NCBI RefSeq assembly: GCF_030684315.1 | Contig: NC_081371.1 | Location: 20,455,440-20,519,439 of the forward strand | Reading direction: 5' to 3' | DNA length: 64,000 bases | Source of the DNA: Stegostoma tigrinum | Lineage: Eukaryota | Part shown: in pieces, positions 38,540-51,700 of the stretch | How the letters are laid out: the number at the start of each line of letters is the position of its first letter | How positions within the stretch are numbered: the first letter of the stretch is position 1 | The notes under the pieces: model-generated | Database searches by the model: none | Told to the model about the DNA's origin: nothing | The model's input: the letters and a program-made list of their open reading frames with translations, nothing else | Program-made: the position numbers and the translations under genes

Positions 38540-40100
38540 AAATTAACTAATGTGCGGCCGCCGAAGTACTTCATGGATCCCTTGCGCAGCCACTGGAACG
38601 TTCTACGCAGTTAAATGCAAATCTCCGCCAAAAGTTTCGCAAAACGATGGCACAGAGAAAATGCGCATCACAAACATGGCAACGTGGCGACGCCAGCAGC
38701 AACCCCACAGCCAATGAGTCTCCAATCTTGTTTTGTTTGGCCCTGGTGCACGGCTGAATTTTCCAAAATCCATGTCTCAGACTGATCTCGAAAGTGTGCT
38801 AGAGAACGACACCTCACAGGCAGGATCAAAGCGTACAAACCTAAAGACAGCGTTTTAATTCAGTATTGGAAAAACGTTGATCATATCCCATCTGACTGGC
38901 ATAGTGTATGCAAAACCCCACATCAGGCAACAGTACTGTACATACTTCAAATGCCCGTTAATCTCCTGTGTTGTGCAGTTATGCAGACAGCAGCTATTAT
39001 TTAGTCAAGAAGTGAGTCCCTCCTGTCTCAGGAAATAGGAAGAAGCGTTTCGCCTCTCTAAATCTCCCTGTTGTGCCAAAAATAAAGTAATGGGTTAGGA
39101 GGGGACCCATTTTAAACGTTTTGAAGGTGAATCGTGCGCCTGCTCACAATGAAAATGATAACAACTGTAAATTGTAACGTGTAATAATTCCAAATATTTC
39201 CTTTGGAATTTAATCTCAAATTCAAATTGATTTAGTCACATCTCCACATCGTGGCAAATTCCCACGTCTGAACTAATGGCACTGATGGATAACACATGAC
39301 AGGATAAGACCCAACGTGCCCAAACTATTCGGGACATGACTAAAAATGCTGTCATCGTTGTCAGGCTGTTCGTTTGGTTAACAGTGAGAAAATTGTAGCT
39401 AAATGTTGTCAGATGCAAGCGAAACGGGGCGCGGCGAAATACAAATACGTAGATTTGTTGATACTGTCGGTTCGTCCACCGAGGTTATTTAACAGGAGAA
39501 ATACACAATCACCGCTGATAGCCGCGTGAAAAGCTGTTTCAACAGTCCTTCCCCACATTCTGGCAATAACTAAAGGATTGAGATGGGGTGGGTGAAGGAC
39601 TTGAAATTATTGCCACGTCGTCAGGAAAGTGGAAATTATATAGCAGAGTGGTCGCTCGCCCTCTGTTCCACTGTGAACATCAGCCGTACCCCCCCACCCC
39701 CGGCACTCCTCATACCCGGGAGTCAGGCCGGCGGGCAGTCCCTTATCGAGATCTCGGAAAAAGGTGGAAGTCTGCAAACTACACAACTGAGACTTTCACA
39801 TCTGTGACACTGCAACAGTTGCAGGGGATGGATGGAAAGGGCAAACAAGTACATGAAATGTAGTGCGTACTGAGCAGTTACTCACTGTGCGCTCATGGGA
39901 CCCAAGCGTCGAAGTGCTCATGGTTTCTTTCAGACGTTTTCCCCCCGCCCTCTTTTATCCCCTTCTTCGGATCGGTTAGCCAGCCTGGCTGTGAATTCCG
40001 TTAAATATATCTGCCCTTCGAAGCAGTGGACCAGCGACTGAGCAAGTGTCTTTGTGATTGATGTAATGGAATCCAATGTCAACAGAGGGCGATTCTCGGG
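38540..40100 (-). promoter_or_regulatory. CpG-rich promoter region of a putative minus-strand gene
   Basis: Local CpG enrichment in AT-rich, CpG-poor surroundings; no recognisable repeats; CCAAT x2 at ~38711-38726; GC box at 39941-39950; TATA-like TATATTTAA on minus at ~40001-40009. Confidence 0.6.
39886..39921 (-). CDS. Candidate first coding exon MSTSTLGSHERT (possibly Ninjurin-2 exon 1, by synteny only)
   Basis: GAAACC-ATG-A Kozak context, 12 open codons, then a GTGAGT donor in phase 0, within a CpG-rich region. The peptide itself is not recognisably similar to NINJ2. Confidence 0.4.
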
Positions 40101-40764
40101 AGGAAAGAGGAGGGGGTTTACTTAGTAACAAATACAGCTTTTTTAAACTAAAAGTTCGATGAATAAATGCTTTGTTGACATAAATCTAAGTCCACAATTC
40201 CATGATTAATTTCGGTGTAATTAATAGCCAATGCTTCAGAAACAGCTCAGCTCAATTCTGTAAAAAGTGTAATTTAATCAGAGAACATTCCCGTTCTGTG
40301 TACAATTGAGCTATTAATGGTTCTGTTCCAATAAAGTGGGCACGCTTCTTTTAAAGAAAAACTTTAATTTCAGCTGATGGCATCTCGCTCCATCACCTCC
40401 ACAACTCCATAGACACTCTCGCTTTCAGATAGTTAGAAGCATAGAACCCCTACAGTGTGAAAGCTGACTTGCTCTTGCAGCCGTTGTAGCTGTATGGTAA
40501 GACCAGTTCATTTCTGCTCTATGGTATCCCCCAGGACATCGATAGCTGGCAGATTGAATGAATGATAACAGCATTGAACAGAAGACATTGTGAACATTCA
40601 ACATGATTTGTGCTCAAACGCACTCTTATTTAACTTATGCAAGCGGTAACACATAAAAAACAACTGTTTCACTTAATGTAGACAGTGGCAACGATTTCTT
40701 TTCAGCCATCAATTAATTTCCATTTACCAAACAATAGTATAAACCCAATTTTAAAAATATAGAG

Positions 40765-40930
40765 TGAGATAAATGTTGATCAAGTATTACCGCCCTCCTC
40801 TTCAACATACTACTATGAGAACTGTTGCATCCCCCCAAGAATGCAAACCAGGTTTCAAGTTAATAATTGATGTGAAAATTATACCTCTGACTATGTAGCA
40901 CTTCATCAGTGTTGCACTGGGTTGCTAGCT
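40765..40930 (-). mobile_element. DeuSINE-like fragment
   Basis: Resembles the Deu domain (…acctctgactatgtagcacttcatcagtgttgcactgg); related to 51325-51700. Confidence 0.5.
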
Positions 40931-41037
40931 TAATATTACAGGTAGAAATAGGTGGTGTTCGTGATAGTTAGTTATGAGGTCAAGTAGGACTCCAGTGTTA
41001 TAAACAATTTATTCCAGTTGTAAACAATTACCAGAGA

Positions 41038-41310
41038 CAGGTGGTATAGTAGCTCAATAGTTCACACTGCTGCCTCACAGGGACCCTCAGGTGACTGTGT
41101 GGAAGTTGCATGTTCTCCCTGTGTCTGCATGGGCTTCGTCCAGGTGTTAAGGTTTCCTCCTATAGTGCAGGCAAGGTGGACTAACCATGGAAAATGCAAG
41201 GTCACAGGGTATAGGTAAGAGGTGGGACTGGGTGGGATGCTCTTTGGTAAGTTGGTGTGGACTTGATGAGCCAAATAGCCTGCTCCCACATTCTACGATC
41301 TTAGAGGGAT
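41038..41310 (+). mobile_element. HE1-type tRNA-derived V-SINE
   Basis: cactgctgcctcacag..., V-domain gttgcatgttctccctgtgtctgcatgggcttc...ggtttcctcc, CR1-like tail. Confidence 0.85.
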
Positions 41311-41974
41311 GGTGTTTGTGGCTGAACGGAAGACAATTACAGCACAACCTGGACTCATTTTTATCTACTAAGTACAATGCAGTTTACATACTGTAGTAGA
41401 GATTGAAAGCTTGGCTCTATTCCCAATGCTGCAGCTGAGATCAGTTAACAAAGCATGCAGGATTGAACTTGCAACTTTCATGAATGTATGACTAATGTAC
41501 TTACGATGGGCAGTATCTACGCCACTATATCACCAGGAGGGCTTACCAAACATTAAGATGGTAATTTATTGCATCTATTTGCACACAAATTCAGATTAAA
41601 TTAAATTTTAATGGCTTGTAACTTTATCCGTAATTCAAAGCTAGAAAGAAGAGCTAGAGGTAAAGTTAGTGAATATTTGCTGGGGTTTTCAGACAGTTTA
41701 GTTTATTTGGAAATTAGAACTAAGTAAATTTTAATTAACTGAAATTTTGATTCTTCAGTTTGAACATGTGTCCCAAAATACTATTTTAGAACTTCTTTGA
41801 AAAAATCTTTCTTTTCAGACCATGCTATATTAATGGTTTTCAATCAGGTAAGTGGAACATTCAAGCTATTCATTACACATACCATATACCATCCAGAAGA
41901 CTATGTGGAACTTACTAGTTACCTTTTCCTGGAGGTAGAAGAAGGGACAGGAGAGATACCAAACATTGGTAAGA

Positions 41975-43250
41975 AAGAGATAGTAGGAACTGTCAATGCT
42001 GGAGATGAGGCCAGGGGTGGGGAGATTTTAAAACTGGTGAATTCCATGTTTCGGCCATCAGGCTGTAGGGTCCCCGGGCAGAATATGAGGTGCTGCTCCT
42101 TCGCGAGTGCCATCATTGTGACACTGGAGGAGGCCCAGGATGGACATATCACCCACGGAGTGGGAAGGGGGAGTTAAAATGGTTGGTGACCAGAAGGTGA
42201 TGCTGTACAAAATGGTCTTCGAATCTGCACTTGGTTTCACTGATATCTCACTTATGTAGAGGAGGCCACATCAGGAGCAGCGGATGCAGTTGACCAAGTT
42301 GGTGGATGTGCAGGTGAATCCCTGTCTAATTTGGAAGGTTGGTTTGTTGCCTTGAATGAAGGTGAGGGGGGAGGTGTAGGAAAAGGTGCCTGGGCTGGTG
42401 GGATTCGTAGGGAGTGTAGAGTGGACAGGGGGCTTGTGGAGAGTGCAGTCCCTCCAAAAGGCAGATAGGGATGGGGAGGGAAATATCTCTTTGGTTGTGG
42501 GATCAGACTGTAGGTGGAGGAAATAATGGAGAATGGTACGTTGGATGCAGAATTTGGTGAGGTGATATATGAGGACAAGGAAATTGTCTTCGTTTTTGTT
42601 GGGGGGAGAGGATGTGACGGCAGAAGTGCAGAAATGCAAGAGATGTTGTTGAGGGCATTTCGATCACCAGAGGGGGGAAGTTACGGTCCTTGAAATAAGA
42701 GGACATCTGGGATGTACAGGAGTGGAATGCTCCATCTTGGAAGCAGACGTAGTGGAGGCAGAGGAATTGGGAGTAGGGGTTCACATTCTCGCTGAAAGCT
42801 GGGTGAGATGAGGTGTAGTCCAGGTAGCTGTGAAAGTCGGTGGACTTGAAATAGGTGTCAGTTTAGAGGCAGTCCCCAGAGATGGAGACAGAGAGGTCCA
42901 CGAAGTAGAGTGAGGTTTCAGAGATGGTCCAGGTGAATTTGAGGTTGGGGTGAAAGATGTTAGTAAAGTTGATGAACTGTTGAAGCTCCTCGTGGGAGAA
43001 CAAGGCAGCGCAGATACGGTCATCAATGTAGCAGAGGAAGAGGTGGGGAATGGTGCCAGTGTAATAGTGGAAGATGGACTGTTCCACGTATCCTACAAAG
43101 AGGCAGGCATTGCCTAGGCCCTTGCGGGTGCTCCCTTAGTCTGTAGAAAGTGGGAGGAGTTAAAGGAGAAGTTGTTAAGGGTAAGGATGAGTTCAATTAA
43201 GCGAGTGACGGTGTCAATGAACGGGGACTGGTTGGGCCTGTGGAAGAGCT
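41975..43250 (-). mobile_element. Older Neptune-type PLE fragment (RT core to GIY-YIG)
   Basis: LFLCYIDD, FHPNLKFTW, FTCTSTNLVNCIRCS, LIFCPGTLQPDG; multiple frameshifts. Confidence 0.9.
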
Positions 43251-44029
43251 GGAGATAATCTCATTTACTACTTTTCTCTTGTAATAGATATATCGAGATC
43301 ATGCCCACTCTAAAACCACCAACACAGAAATTGCACTGTGGTTCTAGATATACTTGGTCTACAAGTAATTACAATTAAGCATAATCCTAAAGAAGACCTC
43401 CGAATAATTCTAAGAAGAGAGATGCTCCTGTAGTTATCTTAGGACCAAGATGTTGGTTAATGAGGCCCGTGTTCTCAGAATCTGGTTGTACGATAGTGTA
43501 ACATGGCACTTGACGGGTATCAAGAAAGAAGCTCAACAACTTTCATTATTTATGTCACATTCTGATAATCCCACGAAAGGATAAAATCATGAATGTTGCA
43601 GTTCTCTCAAAGACAAGTGTCCCAGGTATGTTGGCACCTATTAAATAGAGATGACTTCATTGGTAGGGTGGATAATAGTCACAAACTAAGTATTGTCTGT
43701 GAGGTGAGGTGGCTGGAGTCAAAAAACAATAGGACACACAGTGCTTTGCTGCAAAGATGCTTGTAAGCATGATGTGAAAACCATAAATATTGAATCTTGC
43801 TCCTGGGAAACAACAGCTGATTACAGAGGAATTCATAACTGGGTGTCCAAAAGGTGCTATGGACTATCAGCTGCAGCAGAATTGTTTTCCACTACAATCT
43901 GTAACCTGATGGACATGCACATCTCTCTTTCTTCCATTACTATCAACTCTGGTTTAATGAAGAGTGCAGAAGGGTACACTAGAATCAGGACCATGCTGGT
44001 CTAAAAATAAAGTATCAATAGTGAAGTTA

Positions 44030-45450
44030 CATCACACATGGCAAGTTTTAGTCATTTGAGTCACTCTATGTGAGAAAATGCTGAAGGCACTAGCCACTGT
44101 AAAGGCTTTGGGCCCTGATAGCAATCCAACAATACTACTAAAGATTTGTGCTCTAGAATTAGCAACACCCCTAGCTGAATTGTTCCAAAACAGTGACAAC
44201 ACTAGCATCTATCTGTATAGGAAATTATTGAAGTATGTCCAGTCCACAAAAAGCAGAACAAACCCAACCCAGTCAACTACCACATTATGGGTTTAGTTTT
44301 GATCATGAACAAAGTGATAGAAGGAGTTATCATCAGTGCTATGCAACAATAACTGTTCACTGAGCCGCCAAAACAGCTGAACACAACAGGGGAGGTAAGA
44401 GTAACTGTCCTTGACATCAAGGCAGAATTTGGTCGACTGTGGCATAAAGGAGCCTTAGTTAAACTGAAATCAATGGGAATTAGGGGAACTTTTTCCCATT
44501 AGTTGGAGTCTACCTAGCACAAGAAGGATATTAGTTGTTGGAGGTCAATCATGTCAGCCCCAGTACATCACTGCAAAAGCGCCCTGTGATAGTGTCCTTG
44601 TTCCAACTATCTTTAGTTGCTTTATTATTGACCTTGTGTCCATCACCAAGTCAGAAGAGGGGATTTTTGCTGACGACTTCACAATGTGCAGCACCACTCA
44701 TGACTCTTCAGATACAGAAGCAGTTCGTGTCCATATACAGCAAGACCTGCTCACAACATTCATGATTGGCCTGAGAAGTTGCACATAACATCTAAACCAC
44801 ACAAGTGCCAGGCAACAACCATATCCAGCTAGAAAGACACCAACCATTTTCCTTTGATATCCAAAACATCATTATTGCTGAATGTCCCACAATTAACATC
44901 TTGGCAAATACCGTTGACTAAAAACTGTACTGAGACCAGTAATGTAAGTAAAGAGCATCAAAGAGAAGTCATAGTCTAGGAATAGTGTGACTCTCCAAAA
45001 CTTGTCCACCATCCACAAGGAATATGTCAACAGAGTGCTGGAATACTCCTTATTGCATGGATAGATGTAGTTCCAACAACTCTCAAGAACTTTCATAACA
45101 TCTTGGACAAAACAACCTGCTTGTTTTGACACCATCCACCAGCTTAAAATGTTCACTGCCTCCGTAATCAATTTAACAGTGCCTTTAGTACATACTGTTT
45201 AAAAGATGCACTGCAAAAAATTCCCAAGGCATCATAGATAGCACATTCCAAACACACAACCTCTCCCACCAAAATAAGTAAATGGAAGGGAACTAGGGCC
45301 TGTAAATTCCCATCCAAGCCACATGCCATTCTGACTCGATTCTACATCTCCATTCCTTCATTACAAACTCCCTTCCTAAAGTTTGTGAGTGAACCAACAC
45401 CAGATGGATTCTAGCAAAATAAGAAGATGGCTCACCACCATCTTCTCAAG
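44030..45450 (+). mobile_element. Old CR1/L2-group LINE RT fragment
   Basis: KALGPDSNPTILLKICALELATPLAELFQ, LDIKAEFGRLWH, FADD remnant; same family as 56640-58305. Confidence 0.8.
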
Positions 45451-45691
45451 TATTATCCCAGTGGGTTTGATTTGCTGTAAATTGAAGGATGCTGAATGAA
45501 CAGAGGGTGCAATTAAGCTCAGTGCTCAATTACAGGTGCCAAGCATTTCTAGGAGTTGACCAGCAGCATAAACAGGCAGCAGCTATGTTGAGGGCACACT
45601 GTCTTGCTGAGGACAACAAGCAGCAGAAAAGAAACAGAAGTCTCAAGATGGTGCAAAATGGCCATGGGCACTCAGTTAAGGTATAGTGCTT

Positions 45692-45769
45692 GTTCCAGCA
45701 CTAGCTGACCACTGAAATTTTACCAAAACGAGTTCCAGCACTGGCTGACCACTGAAATTTCACCAAAAC
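45692..45769. repeat. Tandem duplication, 40-bp period
   Basis: gttccagcactRgctgaccactgaaatttYaccaaaac twice, 2 mismatches. Confidence 0.9.
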
Positions 45770-45788
45770 AATCAGAGACAATAATAAA

Positions 45789-46118
45789 GAGTGAAGCTGG
45801 ATGAACACAGCAGGCCAAGCAGCATCTCAGGAGCACAAAAGCTGACATTTCGGACCTAGACCCTTCATTGTGCTCCTGAGATGCTGCTTGGCCTGCTGTG
45901 TTCATCCAGCTTCACACTTTGTTATCTTGGATTCTCCAGCATCTGCAGTCCCATTATCACTGATACAATTTTAACCTCACTGCGAAGCCTCTCTGATGAA
46001 GGGTCTAGGCCTGAAATGTCAGCTTTTGTGCTCCTGAGATGCTGCTTGGCCTGATGTGTTCATCCAGCTTCACACTTTGTTATCTTGGATTCTCCAGCAT
46101 CTGCAGTTCCCATTATCA
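45789..46118. mobile_element. Cluster of three Neptune pLTR pieces (one inverted, two tandem) with 16-bp TSD
   Basis: cagagacaataataaa at 45773-45788 and 46119-46134; hammerhead core ctgatgaagggtctaggcctgaaatgtc at 45993-46020. Confidence 0.9.
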
Positions 46119-47039
46119 CAGAGACAATAATAAACTTGCTTTTGCCCAACAGATACCCTAACAACCTTAAATTAACATATATTAGACTGTTCAGCTACAT
46201 CCAAATAAAATTGAAATTTCCATTTTGTCCTGGGCTGTGTTCTTAATAAGCAATTTAAGGATCTTTGGTGGGGGTAGGTTTCCCATTTCCTCCCCACTAT
46301 AGGTTCCTTTGAATGTTGTAAACTGCCCCAGAGGCAGTGGTATCCAATGATGCCCTCCAGGAATGCAATTTTGAAATTATATTCAAGGCTGAAAGTCCAG
46401 ATTTCAAATAGTTTCTTGAAGGCTACATTGCCTTTGCTGGTCCTTAAGCTATGGGCATCAACCTGTTGTTCAAATACCAATGGGTTGTTCTTCTTGCTGA
46501 TTTTGCAAGACACAATACATTACTCAGTTCATTATTTTACAACCTTGAAAGGTCTCATTCAAACTGCAGCCATCATCAAATTATCTCCAATGACCTTGAC
46601 AGCAACAGGATGTATGCATCCTTTGTTAGTGTTTCATTTTGCAAAATTCAAGGATTAACTATTTGTTACGTAGAAGTCTACAGTGTATTTAGAATGTCCA
46701 ATTTTCCACTTTTCTTCTATAAATCTAAGGCATGAAGTTAGACTATGACAACTAAGCAAAATGTTTCCAATTCTTTGCAAATGTATATCCTAATTGTAGA
46801 TCCTTAAGGATATAAATTCAGGTGAGAAACCCTGAGTTCCCTCACTTCCTTGATGAATGTGAGGCTAGTGCTGCTCATAATATCGATATACATGACAGTA
46901 AACAAACCAGACACCAAGCCAAAAATGTTTCTGATCCACACAACTCACAAATACTAAATTGTTCACATGCCCTGAAGATTTACTAAATTAACTGTGGAAA
47001 GTGGAAAATATATAGGATTCACAAACTGAGATATACTTT

Positions 47040-47322
47040 TCATAGAATCCTTACAATATAGATAGATACCCAGGCCCTTCCTATTCCTGTAATTTACCAT
47101 GGCTGATCCACCCAATCCCTGGATACTACAGGACAATTTAGCCTGACCAATCCACCTCGCCCACACATCTTTGGACTGCGGAAAGAAATCAGAGCACCCA
47201 GAGGAAATCCACACAGGCATAGGGAGAATGTTCAAATTCCACACAGTCACCCAAGGCTGGAATTGAAGCTGGATTCCTGGCGCCGTGAGGCAATAGTGCT
47301 ATGCATTGAGCCGCTGCCCACC
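47040..47322 (-). mobile_element. HE1-type V-SINE
   Basis: Reverse complement of the tRNA-like head and V-domain (ccacacaggcatagggagaatgttcaaattccacacag). Confidence 0.85.
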
Positions 47323-47735
47323 CTATTTCATAAATACTTAAAATCTATTTAATATTTTAAATTACTTCATAAATCAGATTAAAATGACATGAAAATAAAT
47401 CATTTGGTAAACCTAATACTCAAAGTAATGAATAAGAAATGGCATGAGATGAAACTCTTTCACCCACCTTAATGGTCCACAAAATGTGAATGTGACTATA
47501 GTGTTCCAATGTTCCACGTGTTTGAGAAACAGCACCTCATCTTTTGGTCAGGCACTCAACAGCCTTCCAGACTAAGCAATGAGCTTAATAACTTCCTATC
47601 ATACGACCTGTTCCCATTTTTCTTTTCTTTCCTGGCTTTTAGTCTTTCCATTTTGTTTATCATTTTTCAAAATTTGCATAGAAGCACTTCATGATTTGGC
47701 CACTGACAACTTTTCTGTCTAGGTAAAAACCAACC

Positions 47736-47773
47736 GGTTCTGAGGAAGGGTCACCGGACCCGAAACGTTAACT
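47736..47773 (+). ncRNA. Minimal hammerhead ribozyme (family B)
   Basis: GGUU-CUGAGGA-A-GGGUC-ACCG-GACCC-GAAA-CGUU-AACU: intact core, 5-bp stem II, 4-bp stem I, GUU triplet. Confidence 0.7.
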
Positions 47774-48260
47774 CTATTTTCTCCTCCACAGATGCTGCCA
47801 GATCTGCTGAGCTTTTCCAGCAACTTTGTTTTTGTTCTCTGTCTAGGTACCTTTTTTTTGATTTTGTGTATCATTATCGCTTCATTTGGTCTTACATCAA
47901 CAAGCCTTTTGTTACTTAGTTCTGAGTTCTGAAGAAGGGTCACCTGGCCCAAAACGTTAACTCTGTTTTTACCTTCACGGATGCTGCCAGACCTGCTGAG
48001 CTTTTCTAGCAACTTTGTTTTCATTCCTGATTTACAGCATCCGCAGTTCTTTCGTTTTTTCATTTGTTACTTAACATCTCCTAGCTTCCAATCCAATCAC
48101 AGACCTTCCCATTTGTCCACCACTTTTCACCTTTCGTTAGCTATAAACAATAACATATTACTTTTTGCTGCATTGAAGAAAGGTCACTGATCTGGAAAGT
48201 TTAACATGTTTCTGTCCCATAGATGCTGCTAGAGCTGTGAAGTATTTCCAACTTTTTAAC
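47736..48260 (+). mobile_element. Three spaced direct copies of family B PLE pLTR, each starting at a hammerhead
   Basis: Copies at ~47736, ~47924 and ~48173 (tgaRgaagggtcac...aac...gatgctgc); the third is the most decayed. Confidence 0.75.
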
Positions 48261-48799
48261 CTGATCTTATGGATATGACGTGACCTGACTAAACAGTCCT
48301 AGCAAATAGAATTATAGAATCATAGCGTTATACAGCATGGAAACAGACCCTTCAGTTCAACCAGTCCATGCTGAACATAATCTCAAACCAGACTAGTTCC
48401 ACTTGCCTGCTCCTGGCCCATCTCGCTCCAAACCTTTCCTATTCATGGACTTATCCAAGTAACGTAAGAGTCCAAGGTGTTAGGGGCACTATGTTTGTAG
48501 TACATGGTTAGACGATTATCTTTTATTAGTTAGCCAGAGTAGGAAGAATAAATAAGTTTTATCCTATAACTTTTAAGACTGATATTTGGTTATGTAGTTC
48601 CATTATTAATATATTGCTTTAGAACTTTGGTGCCCTGATAGAAGATGGGTTAGGGGTCACTGTATGTTTTCACTGTTCTGTGAAAGAAAAGGAAGAAAGC
48701 AAAAAAGGTTAAAGGAAAAATATCACCATTAAATTGGTTAACATTAGTGATTGTGACAATGTTTTTATTGATGGAGGATGCTCTCTGCATTAAAAATTC

Positions 48800-50070
48800 T
48801 TGAGATCTTGGAGTGCACTGGAAAAATTTCAAAATTTGCAGATGTAAACTTTGAGGACACTTTATAGAGCTCCAAAAGGGCACTGACAAGTTGGTGGAGT
48901 GGATGGATAGTTGGCAAGTTTCAATACAGAGAAGTGTGAGGTGATGCACTTTGATAGAAATATTGCAAGAAATTAGAGAGGCAGTAGAAAATAAAGGGCA
49001 CTATTCTAAAGGTTGTGCAAGAACAGAGAAATGTGTCTCCACTAGGATTCCCCAATTTACAAATGCTTAGAACCACATCCATGTAGAATCCCTGACAATG
49101 TGGAATCTAGTGATTTGGACCATTGAGCCCACAATGACCCTCCAAAGAGCATCCCACTGAGACCCACACCCCTATCTTAAGCCTTTCCCTGCATTTCCCC
49201 ATGGCTAACTCACTTAGCCTGGACACGATGGGAAATTTAGCATGGCCAATCCAATTAACCTACATATCTTTAGACTGTGGGAGGAAACCAGAGCACCTGG
49301 AGGAAACCCACAGACACAGGGAAGATGCACAAACTCCACACAGGCAAGTCATCTGAAATTGGAATTAAACCCAGGACCCCGAGGCTGTGAAGCAGGAGTG
49401 CTAACCACTGAGCCACGTTGCCATCCCTAACGTTTGACTTACCAATGCTCATACTTATGTATACAGCCCCATAAGGGGTGCATTAATGATCATTTAAAAG
49501 ATCCATCATACAAATGTTTCCTCGTACTTATGAATGGCTATTTTCTATTGTCCTGCATCGTGTTCCAACTTATGCATAAAATCCACTTGCATAGAGTTCA
49601 AAAGCAGGATGGTCATGCTGACCCTATATAAAACAGAGTTAGACCTTGGTTGCAGTCTGGATGCCACAGTTTCAGAAGGATGTAAATGCATTGGAGAGAG
49701 TACAAGAAGTTTATGCAAATAGTTTCAGGGATGAAAAACTTCAGTTATGCAGATAGGTTGGAGAACTGGAGAAGTTGTGACTGTTTTCCTTGGAGAGGAG
49801 AAGGCTAAGAGGAGATTTGATTAAACTTTTCAAAATCAGGACAGAGCAGACAGGAAGAAATGTTCTCATAAAAGCACGAAGAACAGAAGTGAATATGTTG
49901 TGAGAATTATTTTTTCACACTGCATGTGGTTTAGATTTGGAATGCCTAGAAGTATGAGGAGGCAAATCCAATTGAAACATTCATGAGGGCATGGAATAAC
50001 TATTTAGATATAATTAATGTCAGAGTTACTAGGCTACAGTGGAAGAATAGCACTAAGCCATGATGCTCAT
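48800..50070 (+). mobile_element. Old CR1 LINE fragments interrupted by a SINE
   Basis: KFAD, WQVSIQ..CEVMHF, LYKT..RP and LRGDLI remnants on either side of the insertion. Confidence 0.7.
49085..49428 (-). mobile_element. HE1-type V-SINE
   Basis: Reverse complement gtggctcagtggttagcactcctgcttcacagc... with V-domain and CR1-like tail. Confidence 0.9.
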
Positions 50071-50274
50071 CGGCTTGAACAATTCCATGTGATGACAATC
50101 AATTAATTCCCATTGAATTCTTTATTTGATCTGTTAATGGCTATCACATACTTATGTTCCATTTTTGTAGAATCTCAATGGAAGTGTAATCAGTTTCTCT
50201 GTATTTGTCCCATTAAACATATCTAGAGACTCCCTTCTTGATTTTCTAGCACCTGGAGAAAGATTCTTCAACAT

Positions 50275-50670
50275 ATGAGTTGTACACCACGGAAAAAGAC
50301 CCTTCGGTTCAGCTATCCATGGTGACCAAATATCCTGAATTAATCGAGTCCCATTTGCCAGTATCTGCGCCATATCCCTCTAAACTCTTCCTATTCATGC
50401 ACTCATCCAGATGCCTTTTAAATGTTGAAATTGTACCAACCTCCAGCATTTCCTTTGGCAGCTCATTCCATGCATGCGGCATTCTCTGCATGAGAAAATT
50501 ATATCCCTGTTATATCTATCCCCTCTCACCCTAAGCCTATGTCTTCTAGTTTTGGACCCCCCATCCAATCCATGCCCCTCATGATTTTATACACCTCAGC
50601 CTTAGACGCTGCAGGGAAAATAGCCCCAGCCTTTCCAACCTCTCCCAACATCTCAAACTCTTCTGCCTGC
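50275..50670 (-). mobile_element. CR1 (HER1-like) LINE 3' end
   Basis: AWNELPKEMLEVGTISTFKRHLDECM; ERLERLGLFSL. A shorter tail of the same type lies at ~48305-48460. Confidence 0.85.
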
Positions 50671-50730
50671 TTAATGGGAGCTGCATTCTATCAATTTTAG
50701 TAACGTTTATACGTCCTTTCTCACTTTCTC

Positions 50731-50931
50731 TGATGTTTCCGTAGTGGTTGAACGAGAGCCAGGTGGATGCATCAGCTACGAGTTCCCTGATTGGGATTGT
50801 TAATTTGGGCCAATCAAGAAGCCCTGGCTGGCAAATATAAACCCAATAATTACAGAGTTTCTTCATTTTAGGGATCGGCTCTGAGCTGGCCGACTTGGCG
50901 AGGGGATACAGGCCTCTGTGCAGTTATTTTA
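50731..50931 (+). mobile_element. Probable solo LTR with CCAAT and TATA motifs
   Basis: Starts TG; contains gattgg, ccaatc and tataaa; homologous to 33547-33750. Confidence 0.5.
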
Positions 50932-51324
50932 GCTTCATGATTCCTTTTGGTAGAATGGAGTCCTGACTGGCATTATATTTCAAATGTAGTTTAACTGAGG
51001 TTCAACACAAATTCAATGTTGTTTTCCTCCTTTTGTACTCTATTCCTTCATAAATGATGTTAATTTGCAACTTAATACCTGTATGAACTTGAAATGTACT
51101 TTTAAAGATTTTATATGTCTGTATTTTCAAATGTGTTTTGCTTCTCTACACCATTTGGTTTATTTTTCTCTTCTAGGGACCAAGTTATTAACCTTAATTA
51201 GGATTAACTTAAACAAAATGACGTATCTCAAAATCTGCGATAGTAATTACCCTTCCCCTTACTCCCCATCTTGAATCTATCCCATTTTATCTGACATTTC
51301 TGCAGCTAATACAATCTTTGAAAT

Positions 51325-51700
51325 GTAACAGGATGTAGAAAAATGCATTTATATAGCAAATTTTGTGACTTTTGCAGTCAGAAGTGTTTCTGTAATGCAG
51401 TTAATTTGTACAGAACAGGCTCTCTCAAACAGCAATGCAATAATGAAGGTGTAATCTGTTTTTTTAAAACTATATAATTGAGGGAGAGGTATCAGCTAGA
51501 ATACCAGAGACAATTCCACTACTTTTTTTTCTGCATGGTGTTCTAGAACCTCTTATATCAAACTGAGAAGGCAGATGGGCCTCATTTTAAACCAAAAGGT
51601 AGTACCACCAATGAAGTTAAATTCCTGCGCTGGAGTGTGAGCTGAATTTTGTGTTCTCTAACTGGATGTTGGAACATAAGCTGCCAAGGTGCCACCGAGC
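51325..51700 (-). mobile_element. DeuSINE-like (SacSINE1/AmnSINE1-related) element
   Basis: tgcatttatatagc tail, ...aaacagcaatg...ataatga...taatctgttttt, ctgagaaggcagatgggcctc blocks, recognised from memory of the Deu domain. Confidence 0.55.

Noticed and set aside
45692-46134. Repeat-spacer pattern resembling a CRISPR array
   Set aside because: Explained by a 40-bp tandem duplication plus PLE pLTR copies and a TSD; eukaryotic context with no cas genes.
49360-49428. tRNA-like sequence (also ~41040 and ~47250-47320)
   Set aside because: These are tRNA-derived heads of HE1-type SINEs, not tRNA genes.
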